From contig JAURAC010000020.1 of the NCBI GenBank assembly GCA_030586555.1, forward strand, positions 1-17,459: a DNA stretch of 17,459 nt, written 5' to 3'. Numbering within the stretch: the stretch's first letter is position 1; every line of letters begins with the position of its first letter. The notes below the pieces were generated by a model. It was not told where the DNA came from. It ran no database searches and worked only from the letters and a program-made list of their open reading frames with translations. The position numbers were made by a program, and so were the translations under genes. Shown here in pieces: positions 1-7,191 of this stretch. This DNA is from Candidatus Subterrananammoxibius californiae (GTDB lineage Bacteria; Planctomycetota; Brocadiia; Brocadiales; Subterrananammoxibiaceae).

Positions 1-2
1 TC

Positions 3-1238
3 TTTGGCGCTTTGCCTTACTGGTTCTCTGGAGTATGTCAGACATTCTGTGATGCATACTTTGAAACAACAAGCGGCTTCGTTACCTGTGGCGCATGTAT
101 CTTTAAAGACGTTGAGATATTGCCTGCGAGCATCCTCTTCTGGCGGGCATTAACGCAGTGGTTGGGCGGCATGGGCATTATCGTTTTCTTTATTACCATT
201 CTCCCTGCAATGGGAATTGGTGGATACCAGCTTTTTAGTTCTGAAGTCTCTGTACTGGCAACTGACCGTATAAAGCCTCGTATTGCAGAAACTGCGAGGC
301 TCTTGTGGATTATTTACGCATCTCTTTCTTTAATACAGTTTATACTCCTTTTGTCAGGCGGAATGGGACCTTTTGATGCAATATGCCATACCTTTACGAC
401 AATTTCAACTGGAGGTTTTTCGACAAAGAATGCAAGTATTGGGGCGTATAATAGCCTGTATATTGAAACCGTCGTCATGATTTTTATGTTTCTCGGCAGT
501 TGCAACTTTGTGCTTTATTATCTGTGTGTGAGTGGTAGAGTTGCAAAGGCTATTAAGAATTCAGAGTTTAAATTTTACATAGGGGTTTTAATAATTGTAA
601 TATTTTTCATAACCTGTTCACTGTTTTTTGGCGAATCAGAGTCCTATAACGGAGGAACAAAAGATAAAAGTTACTTCAGCTTTTTTGGTTCACTCAGATA
701 CGGAGCCTTTAACGTAATTTCAGCGATTAGCACCACAGGATTTGCTTCAGCAGATTTTGATTTATGGCCTAACTTTTGTAGGTTATTATTGGTTATAGTA
801 ATGATTATTGGTGGGTGTGTGGGTTCCACAAGTGGGGCTATAAAGGTAATGAGGATTTTACTCACCCTTAAATACATTGGGAGGGAACTTGGCCGTCTGA
901 TAAGGCCAAGAATGATTAAGCGTATAAGAGTCAATAAAGAACCCGTTGACGATGAAATTGTTTTAAATGCCATTGGATATTTTGTGCTGTACGTGAGTAT
1001 TTTTGGTATAGCCTCGCTTGCGCTTACCGCCCTCGGTACGGATATCATTACAGCCTTTTCCGCAGTAGCGGCAAATATGGGGTGCGTAGGACCCGGTCTT
1101 GCCCAGGTGGGACCAATGAGTAATTATAGCGAGATAGCATATCCAGCAAAGTGGATATTAATCTTCTGTATGATACTCGGCAGGTTGGAAATATACAGCG
1201 TACTCCTTATGTTCCAATTGTTTACGTGGAGGCGATAA
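3..1238 (+). CDS. trkH: Trk-type potassium uptake membrane subunit (5' end lies outside the window)
   Basis: Frame is open from position 3. Hydrophobic protein with TrkH motifs DAYFETTSGFVTCGA, WRALTQWLGGMG, FTTISTGGFS, STTGFA, IGGCVGSTSGAIK and MILGRLE. Confidence 0.93.
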   Translation, partial: FGALPYWFSGVCQTFCDAYFETTSGFVTCGACIFKDVEILPASILFWRALTQWLGGMGIIVFFITILPAMGIGGYQLFSSEVSVLATDRIKPRIAETARLLWIIYASLSLIQFILLLSGGMGPFDAICHTFTTISTGGFSTKNASIGAYNSLYIETVVMIFMFLGSCNFVLYYLCVSGRVAKAIKNSEFKFYIGVLIIVIFFITCSLFFGESESYNGGTKDKSYFSFFGSLRYGAFNVISAISTTGFASADFDLWPNFCRLLLVIVMIIGGCVGSTSGAIKVMRILLTLKYIGRELGRLIRPRMIKRIRVNKEPVDDEIVLNAIGYFVLYVSIFGIASLALTALGTDIITAFSAVAANMGCVGPGLAQVGPMSNYSEIAYPAKWILIFCMILGRLEIYSVLLMFQLFTWRR

Positions 1239-1252
1239 CCTAATTTTTAGAT

Positions 1253-1309
1253 GGTAGACAACGAACTTTATGTTCGTTGATTCAACGAGGATAAACCTCA
1301 TTGTCTACC
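1253..1309. repeat. 57-bp GTAG-type REP doublet (REPIN-like), copy 1
   Basis: Inverted ends GGTAGACAA...TTGTCTACC enclose two internal hairpins. 54/57 identical to 15829-15885. Lies between the convergent trkH and lplA-like genes. Confidence 0.9.
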
Positions 1310-2117
1310 TTTTGTAATTCCATTCCCTTCTGCTATACTTTTTGTTGTTTAATTCCCCGGCTAAAGAGGCTTCCTCATCGGTAAGTTTTCCATGTAAAAG
1401 CTCTATATCAAGTGATACCGTAAATCCTTTTATCATAGCGTCTATTAACTGCTGTGCTGTTATATCCACAATATGCCCTATCGAGATATAGCCCTGAAGG
1501 AGCAAGGTATCCCCAAACCTTCGTGCAGCGCATCCAGCAACCTTAATCCCTTCAACTAATACATCTGCCCCGACAGGCGTTTGTGCGCATAAAGAGAGTC
1601 CTGGATTTTGAGTAGAGGCAGGTTTAAAACCTGCCCCTACCGCCGACTTTAGATTCGCATTTATACCTAAGAGCCTTAGTCCTTCAATCATGGCTTGACC
1701 CATGTGCCTATAGAAAAGTGGAATCAAGTTGCGTGACGAATTGTCATTGCGAGGGGCAAAGCCCCGTGGCAATCCCGTTGCCACAGAGTAAGTAAGGTCT
1801 GTGCCATGCAAAACAACCCCTCCACCAGTCGGGCGACGGACAATATCTATAGTTCCCTTCCCCTCTATTAAGAGGGGATAAAGGGGTGTGTTGAGAGAGG
1901 GACTGTTGTTTAGCCAGTTAACCACTGGCATTATCCTCTGGAAGTATCCTATGGAAACAGCGGGTTTTCCCCACGTATAGAATCGTATTGTAGGGGCGGG
2001 TTTGAAACCCGCCCCTACATAGGATATTGCAATAGCCTCATCTATAGCCATATTCATGAAGGTATTACCCTTTAGGTCTGAAATCAGTCTCCATTCTTTA
2101 GGCAGCAAATTATACAC
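1305..2117 (-). CDS. lplA: Lipoate-protein ligase / octanoyltransferase family protein (LplA/LipM-like) with several repeat-derived in-frame segments
   Basis: Motifs NMAIDEA, PTIRFYTW..PAVSIGYFQ, IVRRPTGGGVVLH..DLTYS and KVAG. Adjacent to the gcv genes. A TTG start at 2108 fits the AAGGAG RBS better than GTG at 2117. Confidence 0.85.
   Translation of the reverse strand: MYNLLPKEWRLISDLKGNTFMNMAIDEAIAISYVGAGFKPAPTIRFYTWGKPAVSIGYFQRIMPVVNWLNNSPSLNTPLYPLLIEGKGTIDIVRRPTGGGVVLHGTDLTYSVATGLPRGFAPRNDNSSRNLIPLFYRHMGQAMIEGLRLLGINANLKSAVGAGFKPASTQNPGLSLCAQTPVGADVLVEGIKVAGCAARRFGDTLLLQGYISIGHIVDITAQQLIDAMIKGFTVSLDIELLHGKLTDEEASLAGELNNKKYSRREWNYKR
1612..1640. repeat. GTAG-type REP palindrome in frame in lplA (encodes VGAGFKPAST)
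   Basis: GTAGAGGCAGGTTT-A-AAACCTGCCCCTAC, 14-bp arms with one mismatch. Same family as 1990-2018. Confidence 0.85.
1742..1776. repeat. GTCA-type REP in frame in lplA (encodes GLPRGFAPRND)
   Basis: TGTCATTGCGAGGGGCAAAGCCCCGTGGCAATCCC. 31/35 identical to the reverse complement of 14363-14397. Confidence 0.85.
1853..1892. repeat. CCCC/GGGG hairpin repeat in frame in lplA (encodes NTPLYPLLIEGKG)
   Basis: Core TCCCCTCT-ATTA-AGAGGGGA followed by TAAAGGGGTG. Same architecture as 9505-9548, 10209-10255 and 15540-15587. Confidence 0.75.
1989..2019. repeat. Perfect GTAG-type REP palindrome in frame in lplA (encodes VGAGFKPAPT)
   Basis: TGTAGGGGCGGGTTT-G-AAACCCGCCCCTACA, perfect 15-bp arms. Confidence 0.9.
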
Positions 2118-2130
2118 TCCTTACCATTCG

Positions 2131-2227
2131 AATCCCAATTACCAAATCCCAATTAATTTCCAATTATCAATTAACTAATTGGATATTGGGAATTGGTAAT
2201 TTATTTGGAATTGGGCATTGGGATTTG
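2131..2227. repeat. Inverted pair of degenerate heptamer arrays (AATCCCA/ATTACCA-like) with no gene between them
   Basis: Left arm AATCCCA ATTACCA AATCCCA... (2131-2178) is an imperfect reverse complement of the right arm ...TTGGGCATTGGGATTTG (2179-2227). Confidence 0.75.
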
Positions 2228-2237
2228 ACCATTATGA

Positions 2238-3695
2238 TTAAATCCCAAAACCAAGGCCTGCCTGCCATCGTAGATTAGGTTCTCTGGCTGCCTTAACCTC
2301 ATCTAAACGTGCAACGGGTGTGGTATGGGGCGCCCCTTTTAGCAGTTCCGGTTGGGTTTCAATTTCATTTGCAATGCTAATCAAGGCATTTGCAAATGCG
2401 TCCAGGGTTTCTTTGGATTCCGTCTCCGTAGGCTCAATCATAAGAGCTTCTTCTACTATTAAAGGAAAATAAATCGTGGGGGCGTGAAATCCATAGTCAA
2501 GTAATCGCTTGGCAATGTCCAGTGTAGATATGCCTTTTTGCTTCTTGAATGAGAGCACAAACTCGTGCATACAATGTTTTCCATAAGGGATGTCATAATG
2601 AGGAGACAGTTTATTCCTGAGATAATTTGCATTAAGGACGGCATTTTCGCCGACCCTGCGCAAACCTTCTTTACCTAAAGCCAGTAAGTAAGTATAAGCC
2701 CTGATTATTACACCGATGTTGCCGTAAAAAGCCCTTATGCGTCCGATTGAATCTGGTTTATTGTAATTTAACGTATATCTTCCCGTTCGTTTCTCAATTG
2801 TTGGAATCGGCAGGAATTTCTTAAGGTTTTCCTTCACTCCTATAGGACCTGCACCAGGCCCGCCACCTCCGTGGGGAGTAGAAAATGTCTTGTGCAGATT
2901 TAAGTGGAGAATATCAACCCCCATATCACCCGGACGTGCTATACCCAGCAAGGCATCCATATTTGCCCCGTCACAATACAGTAAGCCACCTGCATCGTGG
3001 ACAATTTGTGATATTTTTAATATATCCTTCTCAAAAAGACCAAGGGTGTTGGGATTAGTAATCATGAGTGCCGCAACCATGTCTGTCATTGCATGTTTTA
3101 GTTCCTCGAGGTCTATCAACCCTTCTGTGTTTGACTTGATTTCCACAACCTCATATCCACACATAGCTGCCGAGGCAGGGTTGGTGCCATGTGCAGAATC
3201 GGGAATAATAACTATACCCCTTTTTTCCCCTTTCTTCTTATGATAGGCATGTGTAATGAGCATTCCTGTCAGTTCACCGTGAGCTCCTGCCGAAGGCTGA
3301 AGGGAGAAAGCGTCCATACCGCAGATTTCTTTTAGCACTTGCTCAAACTCATAGAGCAGTCGCAGTATCCCCTGACAATGACTTTCTGGTTGATAAGGGT
3401 GAAGCTGTGTAAAACCCTCGAGGCTTGCCAGTGTATCATTTATCTTGGGATTATATTTCATCGTGCATGAGCCGAGTGGATAGAAATGGGTGTCTATTGA
3501 ATAATTGAGTTGTGAGAGCCTCGTAAAATGGCGGACAATATCAAGTTCTGAAACCTCAGGCAATTCAGGTGAAGCGTTCCGCAAAAATCTTTCAGGAATC
3601 AGTTCCTCGATGTCTTTTTGAGGGACGTCACAACCTGGCAACGAATATGCCTTTCGACCCGGTGACGATAACTCAAATATCAAATTTTCAAGCAT
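2238..3695 (-). CDS. gcvPB: Glycine dehydrogenase (decarboxylating) subunit 2
   Basis: Motifs [37 protein letters not shown], the PLP-lysine motif [18 protein letters not shown], and LMIEPTETE. Confidence 0.97.
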   Translation of the reverse strand: MLENLIFELSSPGRKAYSLPGCDVPQKDIEELIPERFLRNASPELPEVSELDIVRHFTRLSQLNYSIDTHFYPLGSCTMKYNPKINDTLASLEGFTQLHPYQPESHCQGILRLLYEFEQVLKEICGMDAFSLQPSAGAHGELTGMLITHAYHKKKGEKRGIVIIPDSAHGTNPASAAMCGYEVVEIKSNTEGLIDLEELKHAMTDMVAALMITNPNTLGLFEKDILKISQIVHDAGGLLYCDGANMDALLGIARPGDMGVDILHLNLHKTFSTPHGGGGPGAGPIGVKENLKKFLPIPTIEKRTGRYTLNYNKPDSIGRIRAFYGNIGVIIRAYTYLLALGKEGLRRVGENAVLNANYLRNKLSPHYDIPYGKHCMHEFVLSFKKQKGISTLDIAKRLLDYGFHAPTIYFPLIVEEALMIEPTETESKETLDAFANALISIANEIETQPELLKGAPHTTPVARLDEVKAAREPNLRWQAGLGFGI

Positions 3696-3747
3696 AATTT
3701 ACCTTTACGTTTTTTCTGACAATTTGAACCCCTACATTTTTTGATTT

Positions 3748-3839
3748 CTCTGTGTCCCTGTGCCTCTGTGGTTCAATTTGCATTTTGCATCTTCGTTATT
3801 CCTGGGATAACAAAACCACAGAGGCACTGAGACACAGAG
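3748..3839. repeat. 26-bp inverted repeat pair of the (A)ACCACAGAG..CACAGAG type
   Basis: CTCTGTGTCCCTGTGCCTCTGTGGTT (3748-3773) and AACCACAGAGGCACTGAGACACAGAG (3814-3839) are 24/26 complementary. The spacer contains AATTTGC ATTTTGC heptamers. Confidence 0.8.
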
Positions 3840-3971
3840 TTATCTGCGTTTATCCCTATCGAACTGATAATCGTTCCAGGTATATTCCGAAAATTTTTGA
3901 AAATCCCCTGATTCGTTTACAAAAAAGTCAAGGAGCTTTGTAAGCCTTTCCTTATCGCGTTTTCCCAGCAT
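3840..3971 (-). pseudogene. Truncated HepT/DUF86-like toxin, N-terminal 43 aa only
   Basis: Translated by hand: MLGKRDKERLTKLLDFFVNESGDFQKFSEYTWNDYQFDRDKRR*. Overlaps the 3' end of the MNT gene, as in MNT-HEPN pairs. No RxxxxH motif. The stop abuts the 3814-3839 repeat. Confidence 0.65.
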
Positions 3972-4407
3972 AAAGCCTCATTTCTTCCTTTAGTCTCCAA
4001 TATTCTTCAACAAACTCCCTAAAGTCTATGGCTTCAGATGTTACCCTAATCATAAAATCCAGGTATAAACCTCTATCCTTTATGATAATAGGTACACCAC
4101 TTATAGCGCTATCGGCAATACTGGATGCAGCTCTGTTAAGCATTAGGAGATCAACATCCCTTCCCAGCAACCTTTCTACATCAAGCCATATAGTGCTTTC
4201 CTCCTCATACCTTGCATCAAAATCCTCCCACTCAAGTCTGCCTGTCTTAGGTTTAAAATAGATTGCTATATCAACATCTGATTCCTTGCATGTTTTATTA
4301 GTTGCCCATGAACCGAAGAGGAATGCCATGATGATATCATCCCGTTTTTCAAAATAGGGCTGTAAGAGTTTTAAGATCTTATCCCTATTGAGTTCTGTCA
4401 TTACCAT
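3952..4407 (-). CDS. Minimal nucleotidyltransferase (MntA-like antitoxin)
   Basis: Pol-beta-type motif AFLFGSWA......SDVDIAIY, then LLGRDVDLLMLNRA. Confidence 0.85.
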   Translation of the reverse strand: MVMTELNRDKILKLLQPYFEKRDDIIMAFLFGSWATNKTCKESDVDIAIYFKPKTGRLEWEDFDARYEEESTIWLDVERLLGRDVDLLMLNRAASSIADSAISGVPIIIKDRGLYLDFMIRVTSEAIDFREFVEEYWRLKEEMRLYAGKTR

Positions 4408-4418
4408 AAAAATCTTTC

Positions 4419-4568
4419 CTATTCCTTCATAAGCTGGTAAGCTTCCCGAATGTTCTCCTCCAATTCATGGAGAGACTCCCCTTGACTAAATACACCTGGA
4501 ATTTCCTCCAGCCTGCCAGCATACCAACCCTCGTTATCCCAATACTTAAGCGTGAAATTTCTCAACAT
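4419..4568 (-). pseudogene. Short or truncated HicB-like antitoxin (49 aa), separated from its RBS by a MITE
   Basis: MLRNFTLKYWDNEGWYAGRLEEIPGVFSQGESLHELEENIREAYQL has the HicB N-terminal motif (PG..SQG.S..E...NI.EA). No hicA follows. The AGGAGG lies beyond the MITE at 4716-4721. Confidence 0.65.
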
Positions 4569-4576
4569 ACTCTTTC

Positions 4577-4708
4577 GAGACCTCTGAAAAAGTACGTTCT
4601 TGTCACCCCGAACTTGTTTCGGGGTCTCATAACTCCTTGATTTTGTTAGATGCTGAAACAAGTTCAGCATGACGTATTGTGCTATCTTATGACTTTTTCA
4701 GAGGTTTC
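4577..4708. mobile_element. 132-bp MITE with 17-bp terminal inverted repeats, a 5-bp target-site duplication and an internal REP doublet
   Basis: TIRs GAGACCTCTGAAAAAGT (4577-4593) and ACTTTTTCAGAGGTTTC (4692-4708), 16/17 complementary. CTTTC duplicated at 4572-4576 and 4709-4713. Internal inverted GTCA-type hairpins at 4601-4627 and 4648-4674. Confidence 0.85.
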
Positions 4709-4812
4709 CTTTCATCCTCCTATAAAAAAACTTGCCCTACCATCTTTTTGATGCCTGAATGGGTTTTGTAAACTAAGTGAGTAACAAAAAACACACTATA
4801 CACCATTAATAT

Positions 4813-5532
4813 TTATTCTGGCAAGTAATCAATATTCTCCGCAACATCCGTAAGTTTACCTTTAGATTCAAGCTCTTTGATTTTATTTACTTGTTCGTTT
4901 AAAACCTTGACAAGTTCCTTTTCTGATGATACTTGAGGTAAAGGTGGATAATTAGACTCGTTGTGTTTTCGGCGCATAGTTAAGTATTTATCGATAATTT
5001 CAAGTTGGCCAAGAGTTTTTTCTTGTTTGTTTTTGAACCAAATATCTTTGACAAGTTCCCTAAATTCTTTTATAACCTCCCCTAAACCCTCAAAACTAAA
5101 ATAACCAGGAGAACCTATTCTGATACGGTAAATTTTGAGCCATTCCTCTTTATTTGAATACTGTTCAAGGTTTTGGTAAATTTCGGTCGCAGTCACTATT
5201 TGAAATGTTCCCTTCGGTTCCGGTTGAAAAGGATGAAAAAATGGTAATGATGGAAGATAGGGGATTTTGTGTTTTCTATATAGGTGAAAAAGTTCTCGCC
5301 AATGCATTAAAAATTCTTCGGATTCCGGGTGATGCATGTACTTATCCAATATAAATAAGTGTTCCTCGTAGGAAGCAAGTTGTCTATCTACAATCTTATC
5401 CTTTAAGTTCAACGAAAGGAAAACTTCATATATTTTGGAGATGCTGCCGACAAAAGTTTGTAATTCGGCAACATTCCATTCTCCCACAGCTTTAAATCCT
5501 ATAAATTCTACATTCGCTTCATTATTTAACAT
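4813..5532 (-). CDS. Hypothetical protein, 239 aa, AT-rich cargo gene
   Basis: Long ORF with a GGAGG RBS. No motif recognised. Confidence 0.7.
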   Translation of the reverse strand: MLNNEANVEFIGFKAVGEWNVAELQTFVGSISKIYEVFLSLNLKDKIVDRQLASYEEHLFILDKYMHHPESEEFLMHWRELFHLYRKHKIPYLPSLPFFHPFQPEPKGTFQIVTATEIYQNLEQYSNKEEWLKIYRIRIGSPGYFSFEGLGEVIKEFRELVKDIWFKNKQEKTLGQLEIIDKYLTMRRKHNESNYPPLPQVSSEKELVKVLNEQVNKIKELESKGKLTDVAENIDYLPE

Positions 5533-5569
5533 TTTTTATCCTCCATTATCCCCATAAAAGTTTTTTATT

Positions 5570-6910
5570 TTACCTCTTTACAAGCGCTGATACAAGCCTG
5601 TCTATATCATCCTTGCACTTTGTCTCCGTAACGCAAAGGAGCATGGAGTCTTTCAGTGCAGGGTAGAACCTTGCAAGGTCAAGCCCACCGATAATCCTTT
5701 CTTTTAAAAGCGATTCGTTTATCAAGTCAATAGTGCGGTCGTCTGTAACCCTGATGGCAAATTCGTTAAAAAAAGGTTTCTTAAAAAGAGGCTCGAATCC
5801 TTTGAGCTTGCATATCTCTTCCATAGCGTAATGGCTTTTATGGAGGTTTAGCCTGGCTAATTCCGCAAGTCCCTGTTTTCCAAGTATGGAAAGATAGATG
5901 CAGGTTCTCAGGGCACAGAGCGCCTGATTGGTGCAGATGTTTGACGTTGCCTTCTGTCGCCGAATATGCTGTTCCCTTGCCTGAAGCGTTAGAACAAATG
6001 CACGTCGTCCTTTGGCATCGGTAGTTGCGCCGGCGATTCTGCCGGGTATCTTTCGCATAAGCTCTTTTTTTACTGCAAAGAAGCCGATATAGGGACCGCC
6101 ATAATAAAGAGGATTTCCCACGCTTTGCCCCTCGCCTACTGCAATATCAGCGCCGTATTCACCGGGTGGTTTAATAATACCGAGCGATATTGGATTGACA
6201 CATGCTATAAATAGCGCGCCATGTTTATGAGCAGCTTTAGCTATATCATTAATCTCCTCGAGACAGCCAAAGAAGTTTGGCATCTGAATTAGAAGGGAAG
6301 CGGTGCCATCATCTACTGCCGTTTTAAGTGCATCAATATCCGTTGTTCCGTCGGGGGCGGGGATTTCAATAATTTCTATATTCAGGCATTGGAGATATGT
6401 TTTGACCACCTGTCTGTATTCGGGATGAACGGCTTGAGAGATAACAATCTTACGCCTGCACGTATGTCTTATAGATAATAAAGCAGCCTCAGCGAGCGCA
6501 GATGCTCCATCGTACATGGAGGCATTTGCAACGTCCATGACTGTTAGTTCGCAAATCATGCTCTGAAATTCGTAAATAGCTTGCAGCGTCCCCTGACTAA
6601 CCTCTGCCTGATATGGCGTATAGGAAGTAACAAACTCACCCCTCGAGGCGAGGGCATTCACAACGGATGGAATAAAATGCTCATAAGCGCCAGCGCCGAG
6701 AAAAGAGGCATATTGACCAACGTTGATATTTTCCTCAGATACCGCCTTAAGCTCCTTTACCAATTCCATCTCCGAGAGCGCTTTTGGTAACTTTAAGTCA
6801 AATTTTTTAAGACTCTCTGGGATGTCGGCAAGTAGCGCCTCAATACTATCAACGCCAATTTCTTTTAGCATTAACTCCTTATCTTTATCGGTACAGGGAA
6901 CAAAGTCCAT
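5570..6910 (-). CDS. gcvPA: Glycine dehydrogenase (decarboxylating) subunit 1
   Basis: Motifs FLGAGAYEHFIP, TSYTPYQAEVSQGTLQAIYEFQ, ANASMYDGASALAEA and LQAREQHIRRQKATSNICTNQAL. Confidence 0.97.
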   Translation of the reverse strand: MDFVPCTDKDKELMLKEIGVDSIEALLADIPESLKKFDLKLPKALSEMELVKELKAVSEENINVGQYASFLGAGAYEHFIPSVVNALASRGEFVTSYTPYQAEVSQGTLQAIYEFQSMICELTVMDVANASMYDGASALAEAALLSIRHTCRRKIVISQAVHPEYRQVVKTYLQCLNIEIIEIPAPDGTTDIDALKTAVDDGTASLLIQMPNFFGCLEEINDIAKAAHKHGALFIACVNPISLGIIKPPGEYGADIAVGEGQSVGNPLYYGGPYIGFFAVKKELMRKIPGRIAGATTDAKGRRAFVLTLQAREQHIRRQKATSNICTNQALCALRTCIYLSILGKQGLAELARLNLHKSHYAMEEICKLKGFEPLFKKPFFNEFAIRVTDDRTIDLINESLLKERIIGGLDLARFYPALKDSMLLCVTETKCKDDIDRLVSALVKR

Positions 6911-6933
6911 TTTCTTAGTCCTTTTTTACACAT

Positions 6934-6978
6934 ATCCCAAAAATCCCCCTTTACTAAGGGGGGGGGAAGGGGGGCATT
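6934..6978. repeat. CCCC/GGGG hairpin repeat upstream of gcvPA
   Basis: ATCCCCCTTTACTAAGGGGGGGGGAAGGGGGGCATT. Resembles the in-frame copy at 9804-9848. Confidence 0.7.
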
Positions 6979-7111
6979 AGCTTAATTTTTCAAAAAGCAG
7001 GGATATTGTATCAGATTTTCCAAGCCTGTAAATATTATTTCGTATCAATGCAGTGTTTGAAGACATTTTGACTTTAATGAGGTTACTAATTTAAGAGAAA
7101 TGTTAAACTTG

Positions 7112-7130
7112 AGCTGAATTTATTTCAGCT
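7112..7130. repeat. Small hairpin resembling the core of the GTCA-type REP inside the MITE
   Basis: AGCTGAA-TTTAT-TTCAGCT compared with GCTGAA-CTTGT-TTCAGC in the reverse complement of 4648-4674. Confidence 0.45.
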
Positions 7131-7191
7131 AAGGGGTATTGGGATATGGAGGCAGGTCTTGCAGCAGTAGGGAGGTATTTCTATACGCCCT

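Noticed and set aside
1253..1309. tRNA or other structured RNA gene
   Set aside because: Only 57 bp with two arms, no T-loop or CCA signature. The GTAG ends and dispersed copy fit a REP doublet better.
3752..3943. 63-aa plus-strand ORF
   Set aside because: It is a translation of the inverted repeat (SLCLCG / TTEALRHR) plus the antisense of the hepT fragment.
4569..4670. N-terminal extension of the 83-aa ORF (MLNLFQHL...)
   Set aside because: Its ATG lies inside the REP within the MITE. The HicB-like sequence starts at 4568.
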